Below are positions 24,716 to 33,585 of a stretch of DNA of 64,000 nt, one piece after another. A program made the position numbers and the translations under genes. The notes under the pieces were generated by a model, which had not been told where the DNA came from, did not search any database, and worked only from the letters and a program-made list of their open reading frames with translations. This DNA comes from a virus (Duplodnaviria; Caudoviricetes), in IMG/VR virus record IMGVR_UViG_3300025196_000011, positions 9,030 through 73,029 of that record. One strand, given 5' to 3'. Position 1 is the first letter of the stretch, and every line of letters begins with the position of its first letter.

Positions 24716-27181
24716 TTATTCCACGTTTGGCGGTTCTACTGGTTCTACTGGTTCTACTGGCTCTACTGGTTCGACTGGTGGTTCGACTGGTTCGCCGGCC
24801 GCGCTAATCACGTTCTCTTCAAAGCCGTCATTATCAATAAAAGTGACACGAACGCTTATAACCTTGCCGGTATCGGCCTCGGTCAATAGATAACTGTCTG
24901 CCGTGCCAGCTTCAAGGTCATCAGCCAGCCATTGATAAGTAATATCGGTCGGTATGCCGTTGTCATCGGTAATGGTGGCGGTTAGCGTTTCACCTACTAC
25001 CATAAGGCCATTGATGACAACGCTTGCCGGCTTGTTGCTTGGTTGTACCGGCGCGGTCTGCTCACTGGTCACAGCTTCTTCAAAGCCATCATTATCGATA
25101 AAGGCTGCATATACTGACACGACGCCGGCTTCGTCGGCCTCGGTTAGCGTATAGCTGTCTTGCGTGCTCACCTCAATGTTATTAACCATCCATTTGTAAG
25201 TCGCTTCCATGGGTACGCCGTTGGCATCAGTGATAATAGCGGTTAAGGTTTCACCAACTCTTACAATACCGTCGATGGCCACGCTGGCGGGATAGTTTAA
25301 CGGGCTTACCGGTGCGGTTTGCGCACTGGTCACGCTCTCATTAAAACCCTCGCCATCGACAAACATAACGCGCAATGATACCCGCCCGCCCTTGTCGCGC
25401 TCAGTTAGCGTATAACTGGCGGACATGCCAACATAAGATTTATTGACTAGCCATTGATGGCTAACGCTGCTAGATACGCCGTTGGCATCACTAATGGTTG
25501 CTGTCAATGTTTCGCCTACCTTGACCACGCCATTGATAGTGACGCTTGCCGGCTTGTTGAGCGCTTGAATGGGTGCGGTCGGTTCGCTGGTCACGTTCTC
25601 TTCAAAGCCGTCATTATCAATAAAAATAACCTGCAAATTAACGGTTTTACCCTTGTCGGCTTCGGTTAGCGTATAGCGGTCTTGCGTGCCAATTTCAACG
25701 CCGTTTGCCCGCCATTGATAGCTAATATCGCTCGATATGCCGTTGGCGTCAGTGACTACGGGTATCAAGGTTTCGCCTACTCGCGTGATACCAACAATAG
25801 CCACGCTGGCGACTTTATTTAAGGCTTTGACCGGTGCGGTCGGTTCGCTGGTCACGTTCTCTTCAAAGCCGTCATTATCGGTAAATATCACGCGCAACGT
25901 AACGGCCTTGCCTTTATCGGCCTCGGCCAATCTGTAGCGGCTGGCGGTAGCAACCAACGTGCCATCTACCATCCAGCGATAAATAATATTGCTCGACACG
26001 CCATTATCATCGGTAATGGTTGCGGTCAAGGTTTCGCCTACTTTGGCTATTCCATTGATGACCACGCTTGCCGGCTTATTGAGCGCTTTTACAGGTTCGG
26101 TTGTGCTTAAGACGTCCTCGGTAAAGCCATCGTTATCGGTGAAGCTAACTTGCACCGATAGGCGCTTGCCCTTGTCTGTCTCGGTTGGCGTATAACTGCT
26201 TGTATTACCTACCTCAGTACCATCAGCGAGCCATTGATAAGTAACATCGCTTGGCACGCCGTTAGCATCGGCAATCACAGCGGTTAAACGCTCACCTACT
26301 CGAACGTCGCCATAAATGGCCACGCTGGCGGGATTATTGAGGGCGGTTACTGGCGTGCTGGTCGTGGCCGTTGCGCTCTCTTCAAAGCCGTCATTATCAA
26401 TAAAGGTCACTTGCAATGAAATACGCTTGCCTTTGTCGCTATCGGTTAGTTTATACGTGCTCGCCGTGCCAACTTCGACGCCATCGGCCAGCCATTGATA
26501 GCGGATATTACTTGGCACGCCGTTGGTATCGGTAATAGCATTGATTAAGGTTTGCCCTACTCTGAGCGTGCCTTTGATGACAACGCTTGCCGGCTTGTTG
26601 AGCGCTGCTACTGGCTCAGTAACATCACTTGCCGCCGATTCAATAAAGCCTTTTTTGTCAGTAAAGACAACTTGCACCAATAGGCGCTTGCCCTTATCGG
26701 CCTCGGTTACTCTATACGTGCGAGCCGTGCCAACTTCGACGCCGTTTGCTATCCACTTATAGGCTATGTCTTTGGGTAGGCCGTCGCTATCACTGACCAC
26801 AGCGGTTAATAGCTCGCCCACCGTGGCTATGCCGGTAATTAAAACGGCGGCCGGATTGTTAGGGTCGTTTGGTTCTACTGGTACTTCTATTGAGGGCTTG
26901 CCGGCCAATGATGGGTTGCCTATGCGCATCACCATGACTTCACTTGCACCGGCAATAAAAGCGTCATCAACGACGGTGTAACTTGGATTAAATGGGTCGT
27001 CGCCTAGCAAGGCTTGATAGTTATTGGCGGTCACTTTAAACGGTTTGTCCATGCGGCCGCGCTTAAAACGGCCGACAATGACCGATTTAGCCCATGCTGG
27101 TATAACCCTATCGGCTGACCGGTCGATGACGTCTTGGCGCTGAATACCGGCCGCGTCGCCTAGTGTTTTGGTGTCAATCAT
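24716..27181 (-). CDS. Sheath N-domain module 2 fused to 8 tandem Ig-like repeats and a (PVE)n tail (start refined to ATG 27181, 821 aa)
   Basis: MIDTKTLGDAAGIQRQ N-domain; 8 x ~87 aa NKPASV.I.G...VGETLTA.I.D.NG....YQW...Y.LTEADKGK...V.F.DNDGFEE. Confidence 0.9.
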   Translation of the reverse strand: MIDTKTLGDAAGIQRQDVIDRSADRVIPAWAKSVIVGRFKRGRMDKPFKVTANNYQALLGDDPFNPSYTVVDDAFIAGASEVMVMRIGNPSLAGKPSIEVPVEPNDPNNPAAVLITGIATVGELLTAVVSDSDGLPKDIAYKWIANGVEVGTARTYRVTEADKGKRLLVQVVFTDKKGFIESAASDVTEPVAALNKPASVVIKGTLRVGQTLINAITDTNGVPSNIRYQWLADGVEVGTASTYKLTDSDKGKRISLQVTFIDNDGFEESATATTSTPVTALNNPASVAIYGDVRVGERLTAVIADANGVPSDVTYQWLADGTEVGNTSSYTPTETDKGKRLSVQVSFTDNDGFTEDVLSTTEPVKALNKPASVVINGIAKVGETLTATITDDNGVSSNIIYRWMVDGTLVATASRYRLAEADKGKAVTLRVIFTDNDGFEENVTSEPTAPVKALNKVASVAIVGITRVGETLIPVVTDANGISSDISYQWRANGVEIGTQDRYTLTEADKGKTVNLQVIFIDNDGFEENVTSEPTAPIQALNKPASVTINGVVKVGETLTATISDANGVSSSVSHQWLVNKSYVGMSASYTLTERDKGGRVSLRVMFVDGEGFNESVTSAQTAPVSPLNYPASVAIDGIVRVGETLTAIITDANGVPMEATYKWMVNNIEVSTQDSYTLTEADEAGVVSVYAAFIDNDGFEEAVTSEQTAPVQPSNKPASVVINGLMVVGETLTATITDDNGIPTDITYQWLADDLEAGTADSYLLTEADTGKVISVRVTFIDNDGFEENVISAAGEPVEPPVEPVEPVEPVEPVEPPNVE
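24735..24790 (-). repeat. Coding 9-bp tandem repeat (CTACTGGTT-like) encoding PVE repeats
   Basis: ggttctactggttctactggttctactggctctactggttcgactgg... Confidence 0.85.
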
Positions 27182-27190
27182 AATAAAAAA

Positions 27191-27254
27191 GCCCATACTG
27201 AGTAGTGATAGCTCAGTATAGGCCTGATTGGCTTGATTTCTTTGCTGGTGTTCC
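27191..27254 (-). promoter_or_regulatory. Late promoter plus inverted repeat
   Basis: GGAACACC 27247-27254, 26 nt, TATACT; IR 27191-27223. Confidence 0.8.
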
Positions 27255-27261
27255 GGCGCGA

Positions 27262-28488
27262 TTAAACGCCGTACCACTGCCCTATAGCGCACGAACTCAC
27301 GCTCATGTTACCGCCAAACAGTAATTGCACAAGGTCGTTTGTACCGCCGTCGGTTAGCTCAAAATCAACGGTTGTACGCTTAATACCTAAAACGCCATCT
27401 TGGCCATCTGCATACGGCTGTTGGTCGGACGCGCCGTTGAGATACCCGCCACGGTTATTTACTTTAAACTGAAAAGGACTAGCCCCGCCGCCGCCTTGGC
27501 TTTGCATAACGCCAGTATGGCGCAAAAATTCATCAGCAAGGTAGTAGCTTGCCGGCGCGGTATAATTTACCCATTCGCCGCCATCAACGCGGTAACGGCC
27601 GTAAACATCGCCCGTCGGCTCGTTATATCCCTCTTGATATAAAATCGCTGCGCCGGTAGGTATACAGACATTAGGGTCGATATATTTTTCTACCACCGCG
27701 CAACTATGCACTTCAATCGTATCGCCGCTTGCGCCCATTTTATAGAATAAATCAAAATCGGGGTCAACGTCCGGCGTTGGCTTAAAGACTAGCCAATTGT
27801 GTTCGGCGCGTGTGATATTTTTATTAGAGGTAACTGGCATCCCTAACCCCTCGTTACTAATTGGCGGGTAATAAATGCGTGTAGATTTTAGGTCGTAATT
27901 ACCGGTTGGTGTGTTCAACATACCATTGCTAGCAATACCGCAAAACGTATAATAATAAAGCGATTCTCGTTCATAACGCCCATCAATCATCTGACCGCCG
28001 CCAATCACTTCGGCGTCGATTTCATACTCATAATCAAGGAACGCTAACGATTTGCCATCTTGACCTAAATAAGCGCTGCGAGCAAAAGAAGCGTAATCAT
28101 TGTCGTTTAAATCAAAGCTCTTAAACTCACCGCCGTTACGGCTAACGGTTATCCATTTGCTAAACTCACTATCTGGACTTTCGCTGATTAAAGCATAGCT
28201 TGCAATACAAGCCACTCCCGTACCACCAACGCGCAAAATAGACAGCTCGTTTACGCCGTTTTTAAAGGCGTCCTCTACCGCAAGGTAGCTTGGGTTTGAT
28301 GGGTCATAGCCTAGCAGCGCTTTATAGTTGCTAGCGGTCACTTTAAACGGCTTATCCATACGGCCGCGTTTAAAATGGCCGGTTATCACACCATTGGCCA
28401 ATGACGGCAAAACGGTCGTTTCTGACTTATCGATGACGTCTTGCCGCTGGATACCTACGGCGGCGTCTAATATCTTGGTTTCAATCAT
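27262..28488 (-). CDS. Sheath N-domain module 1 fused to two tandem Cys-bracketed domains
   Basis: Same N-domain; C...HSCA and C...SSCA domains. Confidence 0.85.
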   Translation of the reverse strand: MIETKILDAAVGIQRQDVIDKSETTVLPSLANGVITGHFKRGRMDKPFKVTASNYKALLGYDPSNPSYLAVEDAFKNGVNELSILRVGGTGVACIASYALISESPDSEFSKWITVSRNGGEFKSFDLNDNDYASFARSAYLGQDGKSLAFLDYEYEIDAEVIGGGQMIDGRYERESLYYYTFCGIASNGMLNTPTGNYDLKSTRIYYPPISNEGLGMPVTSNKNITRAEHNWLVFKPTPDVDPDFDLFYKMGASGDTIEVHSCAVVEKYIDPNVCIPTGAAILYQEGYNEPTGDVYGRYRVDGGEWVNYTAPASYYLADEFLRHTGVMQSQGGGGASPFQFKVNNRGGYLNGASDQQPYADGQDGVLGIKRTTVDFELTDGGTNDLVQLLFGGNMSVSSCAIGQWYGV

Positions 28489-28554
28489 AATTTATACCTA
28501 TGAGATAAGGCCAACGGCAAGCGGCCGCAATCACTTGCGGCCGCCAGTCATGGA

Positions 28555-29295
28555 TTATTTTTTAACGTGTAGCTTATTGCCGCGCGTATGGTTGTATTGC
28601 TCAATATTGCGCAAAATCTGCGCTTTATCGATGGTCGCTGTGGTATAGACTTTGGCGGTTTGTCTTGCCTTTATCATCGTACCGGTGGCGGTTTCATAAA
28701 AATTATAAGCGCCGTTATTGGTCACTTCGACGTACTGAGCGGCGGGCTTGTCGTCTTGCTTGTCGTCTTGCTTGCCGGCGGCGCGGGCTGGTTGCTCTTT
28801 TTTACGGCCATTGCCAGTAGGTGCGCTATTATCATTAGCTGATACCGGCGGCTTCGCGTCTGCATGGTCGTCGCTCCCTGTGGCCGCATCATCTACGGGT
28901 TTGTCATTGGCGGCATCGCCGGCTTGGTCGGTGCTTTCGCTTGGCTGCTCTGAATCATCAGCATTATCGCCAGTCTTGCTATCATCAGCTTGCGGCGTCT
29001 GTTCTGCCGGTACATCGTTGGTTGCATTTTTTTCGTCCTGTGGCTGTTCTGCTGGCTCGTCATGGCGCGCCGGCTGGTCGTTGTCTTGGTTATCAAAATC
29101 CATGCCTTTTGCGTCCATAAAGCGCCAAACAAGGGCGGCTTTGTTTTCGTCGCTGCCGTACTCAACCTCAGCTTCGATTAATTTCTCTTCTAGCTGCTCA
29201 ACGGTATGCTGCTTGTAGACTTGTTTAAAGCGTGGCTTTTGCTCTAACTGCTTTAGGTTGTCCGGTAATTGCTTTTGTGTGCTCATAATAATCAT
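28555..29295 (-). CDS. Putative head-associated protein with long acidic disordered linker
   Basis: Directly downstream of capsid gene; D/E/P/A/Q-rich middle. Confidence 0.55.
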   Translation of the reverse strand: MIIMSTQKQLPDNLKQLEQKPRFKQVYKQHTVEQLEEKLIEAEVEYGSDENKAALVWRFMDAKGMDFDNQDNDQPARHDEPAEQPQDEKNATNDVPAEQTPQADDSKTGDNADDSEQPSESTDQAGDAANDKPVDDAATGSDDHADAKPPVSANDNSAPTGNGRKKEQPARAAGKQDDKQDDKPAAQYVEVTNNGAYNFYETATGTMIKARQTAKVYTTATIDKAQILRNIEQYNHTRGNKLHVKK

Positions 29296-29318
29296 CCTAA
29301 GTTAAGGGAAATACATTT

Positions 29319-29355
29319 AAAAAAACCTTGCCGCCACATGACAACAAGGTTTTTT
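29319..29355. terminator. Terminator after major capsid gene
   Basis: A7-CCTTG...CAAGG-T6. Confidence 0.75.
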
Positions 29356-29375
29356 GATTAATAACCTATTGCCAA

Positions 29376-31193
29376 TTAAAGCGCTGGTAGGTTAATCATT
29401 TCAAGAATCATGCACTGGTTGCGATAGCGCGGGATTGGGTTTACGTCTGCTGCCATACGTGAGTAGATAGCAATATCTTCTTCAAACGCATCAGCTTTTG
29501 ACGTAAGTACCATTGGTGGTACGGCAATCATACCGACAAACTGCGCTTGCGCTGGCTGGATAGGGCGCGGCACGATTAAGGCAAAAGCGGTCGTAAGGTC
29601 TGCGCTTTCATTGAATACGCCCATTGACGCCGGCACGTAATAAACGTTGGCATTGCTGCTCTTTAAGCGGCCGATACGGTAAACGCTATACTGGTCGCCA
29701 AACGCAACGCCGGTTTCTTCGTAGTTTTCGCCACCAAGGCCACTAAAGAACGCCGCGCCACGGTCTGAGACATACAAGTCATAGCCGCCAATCGCGGTAT
29801 TAATCTCGGTTGATAAGCGAGTACGCGCAAGGCCAAGCGTGATATTAACGTTAGAAAACGCATCAGCAATCTTGGTCGGTGAAATACCATCTTTTTTAAA
29901 GTCAAACGTGATAACGCGGCCGGTTTTAGGGTCTTGGTTCGCGTAACACATATTAACGGCGGTGCGTAACAAGCGTGAGGTCTGCTCAAAGTAGTAACGC
30001 TGCATGGCCACGGTCTGAGCGGCTGCATACCAGTTAATACCAAGCTCATTGGATAGCTGGGTAATGGCATCGATGGTCGCGGTTGAGCGTGAACGGCTTG
30101 GGAACGCATAAATAGAATGATGGCTGAACTCAATGTCGGTTGATGGCTCAGTCAAAATCTTTTTGTTATTGCTGTCTTTACGCTCATAGTCAAAAATAAG
30201 CTCGACGGTAACGTCGCCCGCTTCGGGGGTTGCGCCATCAATGGTATCAAACGTTACGGTTACTTCATGCGTATCAAGGTCGGCAACGCCGCTCTTAAGA
30301 ATGAATTTATCCGCGCCTAATACTAATGGCTCGGCTGATTGCAAAATGCTTTTGCCTTTGTTGGTTGGGTGATTGCGGTTTTTGTCATTGGCAATCTCAA
30401 CGCCTTTGACCATGACCACAACGCGGCCACCTAAGAACGGGGCAATTTGCGAGCTTTTATCAACTTTAAAGCGGGTTGTTTTGTTTGCGGCCACTTCCAT
30501 CGTATAGGCTGCATGAGATTCTAAGACGAACTCGCCAGCACCAGCGCCCGCTTCCATCATTAAGACGTGACGGTTTTCAAGGTATGGCATACCGGCTTTG
30601 TCGCCGTCCATTCTATCGCCAATGCGCATAACGCCCATGTTTGTACCGGCAACGGTTGTACCATAGACAATAGGTAGCTCGTTACTACCGGTCGGGTTTG
30701 GCAACATAGTCACAAGCGGCAAGCTGTTAGAAATACCGTAAGCAATAACGACTTGCGTTGCTGCTGGTACAACCGATAGCGCTTCATGGTGGCCAAGGGT
30801 TAGGCTGTCAAACGTGTTCTTTTCGTTCGGGTCTTGCTTTGAGCCACCGCCAAACGGGATAGCTGCTGTAGACAGTGCTGCTGCCAGTGCGTAAGCGCTT
30901 GGCTCTTCACCGCCGTTACGGTATTTAAACTCTTCGATACCCTCAGCGATACCATCAAAAACCGGCTGCGGGTTTTGCTTGATGTAGTCGTTTGACAAGA
31001 TACGCTGCAAGGATTCGGGCAACTGCAAAAAGGCGGCTTCGCGGCCGTCTGCATTGCTGGCAAGCATTGAATCGAACGCGGCGACTTCATTGCCGGCGGT
31101 GTTTTGGTCGTCCAAAAAGCGCATGAAACGGCGCGTTGCTTGAACTTCTTTGTAGGCTGCTTCGTTTAAAGCATTGGCTAGCTGTTTATCCAT
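29376..31193 (-). CDS. Major capsid protein (P1 gp23-like, N-terminal pro-domain)
   Basis: 605 aa; own late promoter and downstream terminator; LVTMLPNP, ITQLSNELG, GYDLYV and C-terminal motifs similar to P1 gp23 as recalled. Confidence 0.8.
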   Translation of the reverse strand: MDKQLANALNEAAYKEVQATRRFMRFLDDQNTAGNEVAAFDSMLASNADGREAAFLQLPESLQRILSNDYIKQNPQPVFDGIAEGIEEFKYRNGGEEPSAYALAAALSTAAIPFGGGSKQDPNEKNTFDSLTLGHHEALSVVPAATQVVIAYGISNSLPLVTMLPNPTGSNELPIVYGTTVAGTNMGVMRIGDRMDGDKAGMPYLENRHVLMMEAGAGAGEFVLESHAAYTMEVAANKTTRFKVDKSSQIAPFLGGRVVVMVKGVEIANDKNRNHPTNKGKSILQSAEPLVLGADKFILKSGVADLDTHEVTVTFDTIDGATPEAGDVTVELIFDYERKDSNNKKILTEPSTDIEFSHHSIYAFPSRSRSTATIDAITQLSNELGINWYAAAQTVAMQRYYFEQTSRLLRTAVNMCYANQDPKTGRVITFDFKKDGISPTKIADAFSNVNITLGLARTRLSTEINTAIGGYDLYVSDRGAAFFSGLGGENYEETGVAFGDQYSVYRIGRLKSSNANVYYVPASMGVFNESADLTTAFALIVPRPIQPAQAQFVGMIAVPPMVLTSKADAFEEDIAIYSRMAADVNPIPRYRNQCMILEMINLPAL

Positions 31194-31245
31194 GATGAGA
31201 TAATCCTATGTGGTCGGGGTTGGATAAGTTAAACTTATACGACTT

Positions 31246-31285
31246 ATAGTAATGGGCTTCTCAAACACGGTTTTAGGGGTGTTCC
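31246..31285 (-). promoter_or_regulatory. Late promoter (capsid)
   Basis: GGAACACC 31278-31285, 26 nt, TACTAT. Confidence 0.75.
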
Positions 31286-31291
31286 AAACAC

Positions 31292-31315
31292 AAAAAAGCC
31301 GCTTATTAGCGGCTT
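31292..31315 (-). terminator. Intrinsic terminator
   Basis: AAGCCGC-ttatta-GCGGCTT with T-run on minus strand. Confidence 0.7.
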
Positions 31316-31348
31316 GGTAATGCGGTTTTGCACAATTTGGAATAAGGG

Positions 31349-31816
31349 CTATTTTTCTTGCATAAGGCTCACAAGCAATCGCGCATCATGCAAATACGGG
31401 CTTTCTTCAAAACGCCGTTCTCGCCCTTGTTCATCGACATTGTACTTATAATTATTGATGACGGCTTTGATATGCTGGTCGCTAAACGGCAACATAGGCT
31501 CAACATCAAGCGTCATACTCCACATGCGGCGGCTTATCTTAAATACGCGGCTCTCTACGTGCTCACAAGTAAAGCCCTCATGGCGCAAAATGGTGATAAA
31601 TTCGCGCTCTATTAAGTCCTTGGTCATATCGTCCAAAACCATATAAGGATTGTAACGCGCAACCGGCGTATAATCCAAGCTGCCATCGGCGCGCCGTATC
31701 ACCTCGCCGGCCGATGGGTTGTAAATATCCCAATCAATAATTCTTTTCCATGCCTCGTTATTGGCAACCGGTACGGGCTTGGCCTCTTTAACGTATGGCT
31801 CGTTGAAAATCCCCAT
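31349..31816 (-). CDS. Hypothetical protein
   Basis: ORF with AAGGA RBS. Confidence 0.6.
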   Translation of the reverse strand: MGIFNEPYVKEAKPVPVANNEAWKRIIDWDIYNPSAGEVIRRADGSLDYTPVARYNPYMVLDDMTKDLIEREFITILRHEGFTCEHVESRVFKISRRMWSMTLDVEPMLPFSDQHIKAVINNYKYNVDEQGRERRFEESPYLHDARLLVSLMQEK

Positions 31817-31858
31817 TGTGCAATCCTTGATAAGATAAATAGATTTCTTATTATAGAC

Positions 31859-32428
31859 TTACTTATAAGGTACTGCCACGTCGGCTATATTTTCTTCTTT
31901 GAAAGCGTCTAAATAATTCAAGTCAAAGCGCTGCGCTAAGGCGTACTTAGCGCCATGGCCGGCCATCATGGATTGCCCCATCACGCCGGTACACTCGTGA
32001 TACTCTTTATGGCCATTCAATAAAAAGCAAAATAGGTCGCCAATTTTCGGCGTCCAATCCGGCATCATATCGACGCGCGCTTCATCATCTAGCGTTATGT
32101 CGTAAGGCTCAACCAAAGCAAGCGAACTTAGCTCTTCGGGCATAACCATCATGCCGCCATCATGGAAAGCGCCGCCGATACTGTCCAATATTAAAACCAT
32201 GGCATGACCTAGCGGCTCATAATCGATGGCGTGCTCGTCGCTATCGCCAATTGTGCCAAGGCCTGACCATGTGACAAAACGCCTATCCTCTTCATCGTTT
32301 GCATCGAGCTTTAACACAGTACGACGAAAGGCAAACGTCGGTATAACTGACTGGCTGCGCATAGTGATAATGCGGTTATTGAGGCGTTGGCCATCGGTGA
32401 CTAAAACGTTTTCTATGCGTAAGCTCAT
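31859..32428 (-). CDS. Putative head completion/neck protein (start refined to ATG 32428)
   Basis: TAATG coupling; WTPKIGDLFCF beta-barrel-like pattern. Confidence 0.45.
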   Translation of the reverse strand: MSLRIENVLVTDGQRLNNRIITMRSQSVIPTFAFRRTVLKLDANDEEDRRFVTWSGLGTIGDSDEHAIDYEPLGHAMVLILDSIGGAFHDGGMMVMPEELSSLALVEPYDITLDDEARVDMMPDWTPKIGDLFCFLLNGHKEYHECTGVMGQSMMAGHGAKYALAQRFDLNYLDAFKEENIADVAVPYK

Positions 32429-33585
32429 TAGTAATTGCCCCATTTGTCTTGATAATTATTGATTTCATCTTGGTAAATCTTTTTGAACGTGTCCGGCACG
32501 CCCTTTCTGCCTAGCTGCTTTTTGGCGTACTGGTAGCTGCTGCGCTCCGCTTGGGTCGGCGCGTTTGGCTGCTTGGCTCGCTGGCGTTTTTGCTCAGCTT
32601 TAACCTGTTTTTGCGCATCGATGGCCGCTTGCTTGATTTTCTTACTCCAATGTAGCCGGCCATTCCAATTGTTTAAGGCCTCTGTTTGCTTCATGGCTTC
32701 GCGTTCTAGCTGTTTGGCGGTCTTGCGCTGTGGTCGTACCTGATTGCTTGCCCGCGCTATGTCATCACGCGCATATTTGCCAATCATGGCTATCATGTGC
32801 GGGCTGGTTAGGTGCTTCATCACTCGCAAGGTATGCTTGCAAGCCACGCCGGTAAATTGCGGGTTACGGGTCGATGGGTAGCGGGTTTCATCAATGCCAT
32901 AGTTATACTTGCCAATACTGGCAATATATCGATACCAATAGCGATGACGGCCACAATCACAATCAAAGCGGATTTTGCCATCAACTACCGCTTTTTTAAC
33001 TTCTGTCATGGCCGGCGCACGGGTACGGCCTAGCAGTAATTGCGGGTATTCGAGCAACTGCACCGCGACATAATGATGGGTGTCTTTACTGCCTATGCCG
33101 GCATTGGTGACAAAATGAATAACGTTACCCTTGCGCTTAAAAACACTGGCTAAAAATATCTGAGTATTGGCGCGCTTAACGTCCTCTAATCGTGAATGAT
33201 TAATCACGTCTTTTGGGGTTATGCCACCTAAAAACTTGTTTGACGCCGCGCGGACGTTTTCAAGATAGGCCTTAAGCGTGGCCGCGTCCAAGGTCTTTTT
33301 TAGCTCGCGGTTGCGCTTGGTGTCGCCCAAGGTGAACTCTAATAGCTCAGCGGCATCAATACCGGCCTTGCTTTTGGCGCTGGCTACCAATTTTTCTAGT
33401 TTTTTGGTCGTGATACGCTCGCCGCTTTCAATATCCTCAATGGTGTCCTTAAGATAGCGATTGTGCGTGCTGGCGTGTTTGCGCTGGCGGGTTACGTCCT
33501 TAGTGCTTTCAATGCGCCACTGTCTAAGCTCTTCAAGCGTTAGATTGTTGGTTTGGCGGTCTTGCCAACTGGTGTTATCGCCCAT
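32428..33585 (-). CDS. Morphogenesis protein with SWIM-like Zn finger (start refined to ATG 33585)
   Basis: FDCDCGRHRYWY...NPQFTGVACKH (CxC...CxH). Confidence 0.65.
   Translation of the reverse strand: MGDNTSWQDRQTNNLTLEELRQWRIESTKDVTRQRKHASTHNRYLKDTIEDIESGERITTKKLEKLVASAKSKAGIDAAELLEFTLGDTKRNRELKKTLDAATLKAYLENVRAASNKFLGGITPKDVINHSRLEDVKRANTQIFLASVFKRKGNVIHFVTNAGIGSKDTHHYVAVQLLEYPQLLLGRTRAPAMTEVKKAVVDGKIRFDCDCGRHRYWYRYIASIGKYNYGIDETRYPSTRNPQFTGVACKHTLRVMKHLTSPHMIAMIGKYARDDIARASNQVRPQRKTAKQLEREAMKQTEALNNWNGRLHWSKKIKQAAIDAQKQVKAEQKRQRAKQPNAPTQAERSSYQYAKKQLGRKGVPDTFKKIYQDEINNYQDKWGNY

Noticed and set aside
24735-24790. Regulatory or phase-variable microsatellite
   Set aside because: 9-bp in-frame unit encoding a PVE tail; copy changes would not shift the frame
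20782-28488. Shufflon or invertible cassette (P1 Cin-like) explanation for the repeated module heads
   Set aside because: All copies are direct repeats on one strand, each has its own start and stop, and no invertase is in the window
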